A program made the position numbers and the translations under genes. A stretch of DNA of 64,000 nt from the human T2T-CHM13v2.0 reference genome, Homo sapiens. The notes beneath the pieces were generated by a model. It made no database searches. It was not told the origin of the DNA and worked only from the letters and a program-made list of their open reading frames with translations. Of the stretch, positions 16,160 to 34,827 are shown piece by piece. The stretch is taken from assembly GCF_009914755.1 (NCBI RefSeq), contig NC_060929.1; one strand, given 5' to 3'. The stretch's first letter is position 1; every line of letters starts with the position of its first letter.

Positions 16160-17250
16160 AAAAAGTTATTATAGACTCATAAGAAGTTGTAAAAATAGTA
16201 CGAAGAGTCCTGTGTCCCTTCATCCGCTTTGTCAAATGGTGACCTGTAATGTAGTACAATATCAAAACCAGGAATTGACACTGGTATGTTGGTGCTAGAC
16301 TACAGACTTCCTTAGTTTTCACTGTTGTATAAATGGAACCATACAGTTGTAATCTTTTCAGATTGGCTTTTTTTTACTAAGCATAATACCCTTGAGACAT
16401 AGCCAGGTTGTTGCATGTATCAGTAATTGATTCCTTTTTATTGCTGAGCAGTATCCTATTGCATGGATGCACTAGAGTTTATTCAACCACTCACCCATTG
16501 AAGGATATCTGGGTTGTTTCCAGTATTTTTCTAGCATGAATAAAACTGCTATGAATATTCATCCATAGGTTTTTGTGTGAACATAATTTTTCATTTCTCT
16601 GGAATAAATAGCCAAGGGTGTGATTGCTGAATTGTATGGTAAAGACTGCAAAAACTATTTTCCAGAGTGGCTGTGCCATTTTACATTCACACTAGAAATG
16701 TATGAGAGACTCTGTTTCTCTACATCCTTGCCATTATTTGACATTACCATTATTGTTTACTTTAGCTGTTCTAATAAGTGGGTAGTGATATTGCATTGTG
16801 ATTTTAATTATGATATTGAATGTCTTTTCAGGTGCTTATTTTTTTGCGTGCTGTTTTGTTTTAAATTCCATGCATTTCCTTTAGTTCATTCTTTCATTTA
16901 TTTCCCTCCTCTTCCTCCTTGCCCCCTCTTTCTCTTCTTCCCTTTTCTTCTTTCTCTTCCTCATCTTCTTCTTCCTCTTCCTCTCAGTAAACTTACTGAA
17001 GTTCAATATACAGAAAATCATAAGCGTACAGTTCGAGAAATTTCTCACAGAGTAAACATAACTATTAACTAGCAACCACATTAAAAAGCAGAACATTTCT
17101 ATCACCCAGAAGTCCCCCACCCAAGGTAACTACTATTTTGACTTCTAGAGATTTGTTCTGCCTATTTTTGAACTTCATGTAAATGGAATCATTCAGTATA
17201 TATATACTCTTTTGTGTCTGGTTTCTTTTACTTATAAGATTCATCAAATA
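16160..17250 (-). mobile_element. Old L1M 3' fragments with a CT-rich low-complexity tract (~16900-16985)
   Basis: Minus-strand translation resembles the L1 ORF2 C-terminus (AQPLWK...KLCSHKNL), plus L1M 3' UTR motifs. Confidence 0.7.
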
Positions 17251-17542
17251 TTTTTAAATAACCTCTAAGACTGACTGACTACCAATTTTAGGCAGCAAAC
17301 ACCATGAGGATGCTCTCCCAGGTATGTTGTAAAGTCAAATATAAGAGTGTAATACCACTCTCAGCTCCTTGCTCACTTGAGCCTAATGCCAGCAATCAAG
17401 CCAACAATAGTTCTAAGGCCTGATAAACACCAAACGCCAAATACTGTATGGGATGATGATGATCATGGTGCTTATAAGTATATGCTGAAATACAAACAAC
17501 TGAACCAATCCCCTACTTTGTATAGTTTCTCCTTGGTTCATC

Positions 17543-17869
<327 letters not shown>

Positions 17870-18454
17870 TGAAGGGAGGAACAGCTATTTTTAGGGATCA
17901 CTTTGGTGAAGGGGAAGCAGACATGATCAAGAAGACTAATGAGCTTGAACAGGGATGCTTAAATGCTGTTTCCCTAAGGTACGATGAACCACCACCATCA
18001 GCTTTTCAGTATCTCAAGAAGTGACATTTCTGAAATTATTTGCATGACAATAGAGGCCAATTGTCCTGCCTGTTCCACCCTCTGCTTTTTCTCACTAGTA
18101 GCAGGGCTGCTGCAAGTTCCAGTCTGAAAACTTTTGTTTACAAGTGAGAGTGTATCAAGGGACGCTTTGACGTGAGTTCTCACAGATGATAAAATTATTC
18201 TTTGTTCCAGAAAAGACAAAGTGGCACATCTGAGGTAGTCAAGATAAGTTTTTGCAGAGATCAAATTAGTATCTCTAACTTTAATCCTTTCCTGTCTGCA
18301 GTCAATTCCGTTCCTTCTGCAGTTATCTTCTCATAGTGATGTCGGGATTCAGACATCCCCACCCTGAGTACGATGCCATGATCACGAACCATTTGCTGTG
18401 TGCTAACATAAGGCTGCTAGATGTTGTATACAGCACCCTCTTACCATGAGATAT

Positions 18455-18590
18455 ATGGTGTCATTCCCTTTTACAGAAGAGAAACTAACACTGAGAAGAT
18501 TACACATTTTCTCAGCAACACAGCTGGTCAGGGGGCAGAGCAAGGGCTTGAACCCAGGACTGACACAGACCCCTGCTCTGTGCACAGCAC
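18455..18590 (-). mobile_element. MIR fragment
   Basis: TTTTACAGAAGAGAAACTAACACTGAG core. Confidence 0.6.
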
Positions 18591-20181
18591 CCTAGCACTC
18601 CCAGAAGGGTGGGTGGCTGAGGTGAATCTTCAGTATTCTCTTCTGGTTCCAGATGTTCAATTGCAGTATGTTCTATGGTGGGTCAAAGAAAGCTGTCTTC
18701 AAAAAATTATCTAACTCACCTTAGTCTTGTCTTTACCTATGTGTGGCTTGCTTATGCAAAGATCCAAGTTAGAATGCTGATATTTATTAGATGTAACAAC
18801 TAGCTTGTTGCTGAAAGTCAGAAAATTGAGATCCTTACTATCATATCCACAGATCAGATGATTGTTAAACATATGAAGGGGGAGCCACTTACTGGCTGTG
18901 ATCTTGTTCTGGTTTCTTATTTTCTCTGCCCCTCGTTATTTTCACCTGTTAAGGAGAGATCATTGTAGTATTTATATATAATCCACATGAAGCACTTGTG
19001 TAAAGAAGAGTGCCTCACATATAGCAAGTGCTCAATTACTGTTACCACCACCACCATCGTTGTCATTGCCCGGAGGATGTGGATGGGGATGTGGAGGTAA
19101 CGGAGTGGTGCTGAGTGTGGGCTGAAGCCAGGTCTCTGGGCTGAGATACCTCTGTAGTTGGCAGCTGCCTTTCCTAAGGATATTCTAGTGGTTGAATTTT
19201 AGATTTGAAATGCACTTTAGCAATCATCCAGACTGTTTTAAAGAAGAAATCTGATGCAGAGGGAATTTATTTAGGAGACTTGCTTAATCCTTGCACCATT
19301 TTAAATGAGCAGTTTTTATGTGAAGAAGATTTAGATTTGGAGTGAAATGTTCATCTTCATTTTGAAAATATTCACCAATTATCATTTTTCATGTCTTTCT
19401 CTTTACTTTGGAATATAATAACACACTTAACCAAGGGGACCAGGGCTGTGCTAACAGTTTCATCCGACCAAAACCAAATTCCGTCTTAACATTCTGCTGG
19501 CTCCCTTCAACAATGACCCTTCTCATTCCCTGATGTCTGGCTGAGATCATGTTCTTGGTGGATTCCAGCTCCAAGAAAGGTGATTGGTCTGTTCCTTCTG
19601 CGTCACCCTTGTCTCTGGCTGTAGCTTTGACATAAATTCCATGTACGCAATATGTAAACCAGCCATATGAGCACCATCTGACAAAAGTCTTTCTTCTCTG
19701 TTAGCTCTTTAGGACAAGCTGAAACTTATCTGCTTACCTCTGCCCCCTTTGGTCTCTATTATGGCTCCTCTGTTTAAATCTTGGAATTTCCAAGGTCTTG
19801 ACCAAGTGTGTGGAGGTAGCAGGGTGGGAGGGGAGAGGGATGATTGGCACTTGTTACATTACTCTGGATTCACATATTAATTCTGGCATAATAATTGCTG
19901 AGTGAAAGGTGCTTTATATTAACTGATTAAATCCGTACTTTGCCAGAACATAGGACCTCTGCCCATATGTTGGCATTGGTTATCTGGCCTGCATTTTAGG
20001 GACTGTCCTGATTTCTAATGTTATATATTATTGTTCTTCTGCATGCCTGGAGTTTAGTTAAAAATATATATGGTTGAATCCCTAGACTTATAGGGCATTT
20101 GGATCTATAGTCATGTATGTTTGTGGTTGTTTACATTTACTATTCAGTATCCATTCCTTGTTCTACTGTTCAAAACATCCT

Positions 20182-21323
<1,142 letters not shown>

Positions 21324-21589
21324 AGTTCTTGCTCTTTTAGAGAAGAGAGAGGGAACCTAAGAAACCTCTAGTCCATGAACACTTTGCCTAGAAACAGACT
21401 AGAGAGCACCTGGCATGGGCAGTGGAGACGGACCAGCCAGAACTCAGAATTAAAGTCTATCCAGAAGTATCATGAGAATGTATGGATTCAAATCAAGATT
21501 TGTTATTTTTAAGCATTTGTGATCATTAATTTAAAATATTTTGTAAGTCTGCAAAGTGTCCTCAGGTTAAGAAAACAAGCCTTGTATTA

Positions 21590-21735
21590 ATAGCTGGAGC
21601 TTGGGAAAGTTACTCATTTATTTGAGCCTCTGTTTCTTCATCTGTAAAATGACCTATCTCAAAGGATCATTAAAGGAGATAATTGATATTAAACATTCAG
21701 AACAAGATGTCAAGTACATCCTCAATAAATAGAAG
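21590..21735 (+). mobile_element. MIR fragment
   Basis: GAGCCTCTGTTTCTTCATCTGTAAAATG core. Confidence 0.7.
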
Positions 21736-22139
21736 CTATCGCTATTAATAATGCTCTAAATTTTTCCTTTTTGGATTGAGTGATGATGGATCATATCACA
21801 TCTTTGAGTCAGAATTAGAGTCAAATGTAAACTGGGAGCACCAACTCGCTAGAAAGAGGATTCTGGATTTTTGAAACATTCCTTAGATTCACAGATTTGT
21901 TTTCTAGCTCTTCTAAGGTGGTAGGCAAAGGGAAACCTAAATACTGGTTGTTTCTTAGTCTCAGTGAGGGGCCAGGTTATCCAATGGTGTTTCCCTTGCT
22001 CAGTTAAGTTGTCAGTGACAGACCTTCTCCTGATGGAAGGAAGGAGTCAGGCCAAGTTTTGCCTCTTGGTCACAAATGAAAAAAAAAAACCCAACAAAAC
22101 ACAAATCAAAAAGCCTAATTGAGACTAACCCTCATTTAG

Positions 22140-22335
22140 TACCATGTGCCTGGCAGTATGCTAAACACTCTTGTGCACTGTCTTGTCTCTGTCACAACTC
22201 CAGAAGGTGAGAACTCTTACCATCATTTTACAGAAGAGAAAACTTGGGTCAGAAAGAAAGGACTTGTTGAAGGACACCTGCTGGTAAATGGTGGCAGCTG
22301 GTTTGAATCCAGTGCCTGTTCTTGTAGCCACTGTG
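22140..22335 (-). mobile_element. MIR fragment
   Basis: CATTTTACAGAAGAGAAAACT core. Confidence 0.65.
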
Positions 22336-25060
22336 CACACTGACGTCCCCTTCCCTGTGCACACTCAAGTCTAGCAGGATTTGAGTCCAAAGCCCCTGCT
22401 CGTGGCCCCTGTGCTCACAGTAGTTCACTGAAAGTCTGAGCTCATCAGGAGATCTAGTTCCCAGGAGTCAGTACTCCCAGAATCACTCACAAGGCTGACA
22501 GTGGGATTTTCCAGGGGCAAGCTGCAGAGGACAGGACAGAACTGCATCACTTTGAGGAAAAGGGATGTTGTTCCTGGGAAGAATTGTTATATTTTCATTA
22601 TTTCTGCTTGTTGCTCTGCAAGTTTGGGGACGATGTCTCATTAGGAAGGACAATTGCTTCTTTCTGATGAACCACTTAATAATTGATTTGATTATATGTA
22701 GTTAATATAAGAACCAGATGGGAGCAAAAGGTAATTACTTTATTGCAATGCTCAAAGAGGGAACTCAATATGTTTCAGGTAAACACCTGAAACAAATGAC
22801 TTACTTCATGTAAATTTTGTATTGATAACATGCCTTGTACTACGATGAATTAAAGACAGTGCTAATAAACATCTTCTATCACCCCAGGGATTCCTGAAGT
22901 TTCCCTTATCACCTTAACAGTTATTATCTGAGATCTGTGTTGTTGTCATCAAATGTTGTCATTGTCTTGGCTTGTCTCCTTGAGATTTGTGTGTATGTGA
23001 CTTGGTGACTATAGAAATTAATGAAAGATATGGGCAGAGACTGAAACAGTACTGAGCAAATGAATACTAATGATCCTTATCACAGGTCAACCAGCACATG
23101 ATTGCTGAGAGTCAGGGCCACCACACTTCACAACACCAAGAGCTCCATTTGCTCTCTATTCAAATACACAAGGTTCCATAGTCACCTGGGCTGTGCTAGA
23201 CTACAGAGAGGGAAGGGCTGAAAAGTGATTGAGGTGGATTTGTCTTGCTTCCTGACAGCCCAGCATCCACTTACTCTACTTAAAATAGCCTCCAACCTTC
23301 TCAGGGAGTCTACGCTTCTACTCTCAAGGCTGGGGGTTCCAGTGGAGCTGATTTCCAGCTCTAAGGGTGGCATGTGACCATGTTTGACCATCAAAGCTTC
23401 ACATTCCCTTGACTGCAGTGATTGGATCAGAGATGGATAATGACAGGCCACCGGGACTTCCTCCTCTTTTGCTGAGACTTCTGAGATGAGTCTTCTTGAC
23501 ACAGAGACTTCTCAGCCAGAGTACAAGGCTGGCCTGCTTCTCAGAAGTCCCTGAGCTTTGGGGCCCAGGTGTAAAATGATATTGATTCAAGCAGGTCTCA
23601 AGCTGGGAAGGAACATATACCATGGCAGGAATACAAGTTTATGGTGAGCTGGAGGCACAGATTTCTCCATAATAAATAAGCATTGTGTAGGAGGGACCAG
23701 TGTTAAGAGCAGAAGGGTGTTAGGGAGGGGCATCTGGCGGGTTTGAGGAGTCTGGATCTGAACTCTGCTGGAGGATTCCAAGATGCGGAATGTGATGAGT
23801 CTCCAAAATTGCAATATGCTCCTCCAAGCTTTCAAGATCTCTGTAGTGAAGAGCCTTGGCTGCACCCTCCTTCCTGTAGCCAGCTGCATGTTTGCACACT
23901 GAAGAATTTAGCCATTGCTCTTTCTCCAGTCCTCTCTGCTTTAAGGCATCTTGGTTATTGTTTTTTCCTTCTCCCATCTTTTCTCCCACCATCAAGGTGA
24001 GACTTCACTTCATCTCTGGCAGTGTTTAAAAGAAATTTCCATTCAGCACAACTCTTTGAATCCTTTGGAGAAGAGTTTATCAAAGAAATGTAATAGGAAA
24101 ATAAACTCTGTGGCAAACATTTGGCAATTTATTTTCAGTTTTTTCCCTTGTAGTTTGGCAACCTGTTCTGATGAATCCATGTGCATGAATAAGCGACAGC
24201 CAGGATTCAAGGAATTGTATTTCTATTGTCTCAGTCATAACTTATCTCCCATTGTGTTGACTCCTCCCTGTATTTTTTGCCTGACATACTGCCTGCAGCT
24301 TCTGAGTAATTCTGCTGAGGGACTAAATATCTTACTCAGCTCTATTCATCACTCCTTTGTTCAAGCTGAACTAATAGCAACAACAAAAAACAAATCCCCA
24401 AACAACCGTATGGTAATTTGGTATATAACATGCCACCATTTATGGGGCTGAGTTTTAGAACGTCCCCCCACCCCCTACCCCCCGCCCGGTGCCAAGGACT
24501 CAGGAATGATGGGGAGTGTAATTGAGGGATTTCCATTTATGTCATTCCTAGGAAAGTATGTTTCCCCAGGCTCTCAATCTGATTTTTCTCCTCTTACTGA
24601 GTGCTTACTGTAGCCTTTACAAGGGATTCATTGGTCTGTATATCATCTAATTGCTTCAGTGCCATGATAAATCAATTTAAGAAGCGATTGAAGCGTTCAA
24701 CATAACAAGTCTTCCCATAAACCAGCTATTTGGGCTCTGGTGGCAAATCGGAGAGCAGAGACAGGCACCGGAGGGTGCCCTCAGCACGGAGACAGGAGCC
24801 CACTGCTGGTAGTTTGGTATTGGAAAGTGTTCCTTGGGGAAGTCAGCCAGGACAGCAGCGGGAGAAGAAGCTGCTCCGGGCTAACTTTGCCTCATCGTAA
24901 CAGCGAGATCTGTAGATACTAGCTCTGCCTTTGGTCAGAAGAAAGTCTCTGAATTATTAGAAGGAAAAAGAGAGTGGGGGAAATAGAAACAACAAAAGTT
25001 CTCTATTTCCTCGGGAATGGTAGAGCCTAGCCTTGAAGACGCTAATGTTTCTGTGGCTCT

Positions 25061-25079
25061 TTACTCCCTCTTGTGGCCA
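25061..25079 (-). promoter_or_regulatory. Candidate CTCF site
   Basis: Minus strand reads TGGCCACAAGAGGGAGTAA, close to the CTCF core consensus. Confidence 0.55.
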
Positions 25080-26356
25080 TATGGTGCCAGTGTTTTCTAT
25101 CACAGACCATGTTTGCATCAATCACTCTGTTGTTTAACGTGAGAATATAATTAGTTTGGATGTAATAATCTAAGGACACAAAGCAAAGAGGGTCTATGTG
25201 CATCTGGACACACTTCTCAGAGAGTTAAAGAATTCAGTCGTAAAAAGTCGTAAATTAGCACGTAGATCCATTGTTCCTGCCAATATATAGCTTCACAAAC
25301 ACCTTTTTCACCAAATATTGGACTAGTACAGGGATTATACGACTTGGGAAGGAAAGAAAGCAAAAGAATTTTACTCTTTTACTTCAGCTGAGGGTAAATA
25401 ATATAAAATTTCCCTACAAGAATTAAAACGTAGGATCTGAATTCATACATACATCTCAGCGATGTAATGTATGTTTGTAATATTTTTGGAATTATTTTAC
25501 TTATTGCATATTGTATTCTCTGTAACATGCTCTCCTCTGCAGCACAGGCAGGAGTGGAACAAATGACAATTTAATTGAAAGGTCCCTTTTTTGAAAACTT
25601 GAATAGGATGGGCAGCTCTCCAAGAAAATGTACTAGAAATAGATTCTGTTTTTCAAGGAAAATGAGCTGGCAGCAATTTTTAAAGTGCTATGCATTGCTT
25701 TAGGATTATTCTCAATAGGGCCAAGTACATCTGCAGTGTGGCTTAAAGTTTTCAGTACTTTGGTAAATTATGCGACATTAAAACAAAAATACTATACTTT
25801 TTTCACAGGTATGGACTCTGTACAGGGCATTCTTTAACTGGCCTGGCTGCTTGGGCGTGGTCAAGGTACTGTAAACATTTGTCTTTCCTGGTAGGGTGGG
25901 CAGCCTCTACAATTGTCCCCACAATCTTTCCCTCTTGGTATCCATGCCCTTGTACAATCTCTCCCCTTTGAGCATGGGGTGGACTTATTGACTTGCTTCA
26001 AATGAAGAGAATATTGCAAAAGTTATGGGATATCATTTCCTTAGGTTACAAAAAGACTATGGCTTGCCAAAAATGGAAGCAACCAAGATGTCCTTCTACT
26101 GATGTGGCACATCCACAGAATGGATCATTATTCAACACTTAAAAAAAAAAGAGCTTCATCTTCGCTGTTAAAATTGACAGTATTGTGGATCATAAAGCCA
26201 GTTTCCCTATATTTAAAAGGCTTGAAATCAGGGAATGTTCTTTGATGATAATGCATTACACTCAAAATCATTAATAAAAAGATTACTAGGAAATTTCCTT
26301 GCTTGATATTAGGAAGCAAACTTGTAAATAGCTCACACATCAAGAAAGAAATGTTA

Positions 26357-27690
26357 GAAGCTGGAAACCATCATTCTCAGCTGCTGCGGGAAGTCAGGGA
26401 CCCCGAATGGAGGGACTGGCTGGAGCTGCGGCAGAGGAACATAAGTTGTGAAGATTTCATGGACATTTATCAGTTCCCAAATAATACTTTTATAATTTCT
26501 TATGCTTGTCTTACTTTAATCTCTTAATCTTGTTATCTTTGTAAGCTGAGGATGTACGTCACCTCAGGACCACTGTGATAATTGTGTTAACTGTACAAAT
26601 CGATTGTAAAACGTGTGTTTGAACAATATGAAATCAGCACACTTTGAAAAAGAGCAGAATAACAGCGATTTTTAGGGAACAAAGGAAGACAACCATAAGG
26701 TCTGACTGCCTGCAGGGTCGGGCAAAAAGAGCCATATTTTTCTTCTTGCAGAGAGCCTATAAACGGACATGCAAGTAGGGAAGATATCACTAAATTCTTT
26801 TCCTAGCAAGGAATATTAATATTATTAATACCCTGGGAAAGGAATGCATTCCTGGGGGGAGGTTTATAAACGGCTGCTCTGGGAATGTCTGTCTTATGTG
26901 GTTGAGATAAGGACTGAGATACGCCCTGGTCTCCTTCAGTACCCTCAGGCTTACTAGGGTGGGGAAAAACCCTGCCCTGGTAAATTTGTGGTCAGACCAG
27001 TTCTCTGCTCTCGAACCCTCTTTTCTGTTCTTTAAGATGTTTATTAAAACAATACGTGCACTGCTGAACATAGACCCTTATCAGTAGTTCTGCTTTTGCC
27101 TTTTGCCTTGTGATCTTTGTTCTGCTTTTTGCCCTTTGAAGCATGTGATCTACTCCCTGTTCTTACACCCCCTCCCCTTTCGAAACGCTTAATAAAAAAC
27201 TTGCTGGTTTGAGGCTCAGTTGGGCATCACGGTCCTACCGATATGTGACGTCACCCCCAGGGACCCAGCTATAAAATTCCTCTCTTTGTACTCTTTCTCT
27301 TTATTTCTCAGCCAGCTGACACTTATGGAAAATAGAAAGAAACTACATTGAAATATTGGGGGCAGATTCCCCCGATACTCAGCAAACTATCACGAGGACA
27401 GAAAACCGAACACCATGTGTTCTCACTCATAGGTGGGAATTGAACAATGAGATCACTTGGACACATGGTGGGGAACATCACACACCGGGGCCTGTTGTGG
27501 GGTGCGGAACTGGGGAAGGGATAGCATTAGAAGAAATACCTAACATAAACGATGAGTTAATGGGTGCAGCAAACCAACATGGCACATGTGTACCTATGTA
27601 TCAAACCTGCATGTTGTGCACATGTACCCTAGAACTTAAAGTATAATAATAATTTTCTAAAAAAAAAACTGCCAAAGGGGGAAAAAAAGA
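26357..27690 (+). mobile_element. 5'-truncated L1PA 3' end, split by MER11
   Basis: GAAGCTGGAAACCATCATTCTCAGC resumes as AAACTATCAC...CCTAGAACTTAAAGTATAAT, then an A-rich tail. Confidence 0.9.
26382..27377 (+). mobile_element. MER11 (HERV-K11/HML-8) solo LTR, MER11A-like
   Basis: Starts TGCTGCGGGAAGTCAGGGACCCC, ends CCCCCGATA; 6-bp TSD CTCAGC (26376-26381, 27378-27383). Confidence 0.9.
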
Positions 27691-29422
27691 AGTTAGAGAA
27701 CATTTTAAACTGGAAAACTTCAAAGTTTTCTTTGGAAACCAGGAGGGAATGATAGAAGGAAAGGAGAAGCAAGGTTGTGGATTGTAATGGTGGATCATAG
27801 AATCTAAGCAAGAGGAGAAAGTAAGACAGAAAAGAGGCTGGCATTAGGAGAGCCAATGGAGTCAATGCACTTCCATGAAAAGGCATGGAAGAAACTGAAA
27901 TTCATATTACTAAGTGAAGAAAGCCCATCTGAAAAAGGCAACATACTGTATGATTTTAACTATATGACATTCTGGAAAGGAAAACCTATGGATAAAATAA
28001 AAAGATCAATGGTTGTCAGGGGCTTGGGGAGAGGGAGGAATGAATAGGCAAAGAAGAATTTTAGGGCAATGAAAAAGTTTGTGTGATACTATAATGATGG
28101 ATATATGTCATTACACATTTGTCAAAACCCATAGAATGTACACTGATGGGTTTCTGGGTTTCTGGGTTTACATTAGGGGTTATGTAAACCACAGACTTTG
28201 AGTGATAATGATGTGCCAGTGTAGGTTCACTGATTGTAACAAATGTACCCCTCTGATAGGGTGTTGATAGTGGGGGAATTTATGTGTGTGTTGGGGGAAC
28301 AGAGTGTATATGGGAACTCTGTACTTTCTGCTCAATTTTGCTATGAACCTAAAACTGCTCTAAAACATAAAGTCTTTTTTTTTAAGATGGTGGCTTCTTT
28401 TGGGGGGAGTCTTCTCTTGCTCTCTCATTTTCTCACCTTGAGTTGCCAGTTGCAGGCTGTGAGTGGCCTTATGGAGTGGTCCAGGTGGCAAGGAACTGAT
28501 GTCTCCAGCCAACAGCCAGAAAAGACCCGGGGTCTGCCTATTGCCACAGAAGTGAACTCAGAGTGGGTCCTCCCCCAGATGAGTCTTGAAATGATTGCAG
28601 TTGAAGTGGACACCTTGATTGCCTTGTGAGACACATTTTGAGAGACTGCAAGCTTTAGGTATCTGGCTAAGCTATGCCCAAATTTCCAACCCACATAAAC
28701 AGAGATAATAAAGGAGTGTTTGTGATGTAAGTGTCTAGGTTTTGGAGTGATTTGTTAAACAGCATAATAACTAATATACCTGTGAAGCCACCTCTCATAT
28801 CCAAATGTTGAAGAGATTCTTTAAAACTGAGATTTAGATGAGAAAGACTAAACCGATAGTTTATACTATGAACTCTATGCATAATTAAGCATAAATATAT
28901 CCAATCATCTATGAATATAAGTTATAATCACTGTGGTGTTCTAGAGTAAACTCTCCCTCCTTATGTAGGAAATTAACCTTTATTGAGCAGTTAGTATTTA
29001 CTAGGCACTTAAATTATATCTTTCAGAAGGGGATTAGAGTAGGTCAATAATTTATACACGTTTATATAGATAGGGAAGGTGTTGAAATTCAAACTGAGGT
29101 GTGACTTTTAAGTAAAAGTAACTTGTATCACTCTTTCCAGAAATTTTCTTGCATTTTCTGATTCTATATTCTTTGCTCATCTATGTTAAATACTTAGGCC
29201 CCTCCCACGGTCTACAGTGGATGGGCTACTGCTTTGAATCTGAGTTGCTAATGCTAACTCCAAAGAGTTGTCATGCTGTCTATTTACAATTGTAAAAAGC
29301 TAGTTGCAGTGCAAATGTATTGTCTGTGCAAAACAGTAGTCCACTTTTTTTTTGAGGAATTTCTCCACGTTTTTGTAGGAGCTGACAGTCTTAGATCTTG
29401 CCCTAAAGAATTAGCTTATGAC

Positions 29423-29735
<313 letters not shown>

Positions 29736-29899
29736 TTATGACTCAGCATTGGCTTGCCAAGACACTCCTTGGCCATAGTGATTGTATTCCAGCGAGACAC
29801 TAAACAGACAATTTCTCTAGAATTTAAAAAAGTAAACCTGCTAAGGTCCTCATGATCCTCGGGAAGTTGTAGATAGTTTCCTGGGGTCTGGTCTTCTAT

Positions 29900-30900
29900 A
29901 GTATAGAATGGATCACAGGACAATAGCAAACCTTCAAATACGTATAAAGCAAAAAAATGGAAAGAATAACAAGAGATTTAGAAAAACCCTGAATCATAGT
30001 GGGGTATTTTAAACATATTTCTGTCAGTAACTGATAGTGCAAGCAGATAAAATATCCATAAAGATACAGAAGACTTGAACAATATGATCTACAAACTTGA
30101 CCTAATGACCACATATGGAACCCTGAGCCCCAAACTGCAAATACCCATTCTTTTCAAGTATACATGGAATCCCTGTTAAAATTGACAGTATGGTGGATCA
30201 TAAAGCCGGCTTCCCTATATTTAAAAGGCTTGAAATCAGGGAATGTTTTTTGATAATAATGCATTAAGCTCAAAATCATTGACAAAAAGATGACTAGGAA
30301 ATTTCCTTGTTTGATTTTAAGAAGATAACTTGTAAATAACTCATGCATCAAGAAAGAAATGTTAGAAGTTAGAAAACATTTTAAACTGGAAAACTGCAAA
30401 GTTTTCTAGGAAAGCATGATAGAAGGAAAAGAGAAGCAAGGCTGTAGATTGTAATGGTGGGTCATAGAGTCTAAGCAAGACAAGAAAGTAAGACAGAAAA
30501 GGGTCTGGGTATTAGGAGCGCCAAGGATGCACTGGAGGTCATGGTGCTGGAGACTTCTGCAGTGGGAGCACTTGTGCTAGAAAGGCAGGACATTCGGACA
30601 TGAGATTTCAGAAGTGGTAAGGTTCTTGGTAATGAACACATTCAGGGTTGTGAGTATGGGCGAGAGTGCTAGCAGTTGTTAAATTTAAAAAGTCACTGGA
30701 AATGAGAGCATTAACTAGGATACAAAGTATTGGATGGGTCCAATTCAGTGGGTCCAATGCACATTGATTCTGAAGTCCCCAAGCAGAATAAAAGCAGTTG
30801 AGGTGGAGCGCAAGACAGCAGGAAATAAACTAAGTGATAAAAGAGGGGTTGTGAACAGGAAGTTGGAAGACTGAACGTAACAAAATGTGAAAGTGGGTGG
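29900..30900. mobile_element. Very old L1M ORF2 fragment followed by L2-like fragment; 30173-30533 is duplicated upstream
   Basis: Degenerate similarity to the L1 endonuclease region; boundaries approximate. Confidence 0.5.
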
Positions 30901-32280
30901 TAAATCCCAAGTGGCTTAAGTGTCAAAGGAATAGGTGAATGAGGTAAGCCAGTTTTACTCCTAATTAACATTTCACTGGGTACATTCTGTAAAGAGAGAC
31001 AAATGCTGGCAGTAGCTCAACTTTACACTGAAAGTGGTTTTCATAGTTTATACAACGCACAGATCATCCACGGCTTTCCAGTTAGAGAAACCAGCTAAGT
31101 TCTTATTCCTGAATTGCATTTTCTCAGCCTCAGCATGCAGCTTTATTTAGCATGCTTCTCCTCAGTACTCCCAAATTCTCTGCTTCCTAAGCTGATTAGC
31201 TTATTATGCAATACACATGGCTGCTTGTGGTTTCTCTAAGGGAGATACACATCATACAACTCAGGCTACACAAGCTGCCCAATATTGTGTTTTCTTTAGC
31301 ATGGTGCATCTGCTTGTAATTGAGTAGGTTTTACGCTATGCAATACATGGTATTTTAAGGAGCTTAAATTGTTTTTTTAAAATTATTCATTTGTATAATT
31401 ACACAAGTACATTTTCATGTGAACAAAAAAAGATAAAGTGAAAGTCTCTTTCATCACTGTCATGATCCCGAACATATCTCCAGAACTAACCACCGTTATC
31501 AGTTGGTATGCCCCTCCCTGGGCTTTTCTCTAGGCACATACATTCTTATAAGTATATGTAATGAAATTTGTGGTTTTACATATCAGATTATTTTACTCCC
31601 TGGCTTTTCAAGGGATTTCTATTATAATTAGAAGAAAATCCATACTTGTAACTATTGCCTACAAGGCTCCACACAATCTGGTCCTTGCCCACTTCTTTGA
31701 CCTCCTCATGTACCAGGAAGTCAAGGTGTTTTCCCCACAGAGCTTTTGCATGTGCTTTTCATTCTGCCCAGAAGGGTCTGTCCTAATGCTTGCTTGACTG
31801 GTTCCTTGTTGACATTCAGGTCTCAGCTCAAAATTCACCTCCCTGTAAGCCTTTCCAGGATACCTTCTGTAGATTTGTACCTCCCCTCCCTGTCTCTGCT
31901 TCCAGTCTCTTTTGAATAGAATTATCCAGTTTTAGGCAAAAATCACTGGGGTTTGAATTCTCACTTCACTCTATGCTAGCAGTTATTTAACCTTTTTGTG
32001 GAAGGGTTTCTCATCTGAAAATGAGGATAATTATAAAATCTACTTTTTAGGTCGTTATGAAATCAGATAAGTTAATATTTGTAAAATACTAAGAAAGTGC
32101 CTAGAAAATAATGACATCTGTTAAATTAATAAATATCTTCCCTTAGCACTTACAGTTATCTGGAATTATTTATTTGTAGTTTATCAACTCTTTTCTCTCT
32201 AGAATATAAGATCTATAAATGCAGGGACCTTGTCTATTTTGTTTGCAGCACCAAGAACAGTGCCTGACCCATAGCAGCCC

Positions 32281-34827
<2,547 letters not shown>

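Larger units (their letters stand above)
26069..28382 (+). mobile_element. L1MA/L1MB 3' end in two halves (~26069-26160 and ~27872-28382)
   Basis: GGAAGCAACCAAGATGTCCTTC...GAGCTTCATC resumes as CCATGAAAAGGCATGG...AACCTAAAACTGCTCTAAAA. Confidence 0.75.
25890..28778 (+). mobile_element. MLT1 (F-like) LTR in two halves (~25890-26068 and ~28383-28778) enclosing nested insertions
   Basis: 5' GGCAGCCTCTA...CATGCCCTTGT and 3' TTTGGAGTGATTTGTTAAACAGCA...AACTAATATA. Confidence 0.75.
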
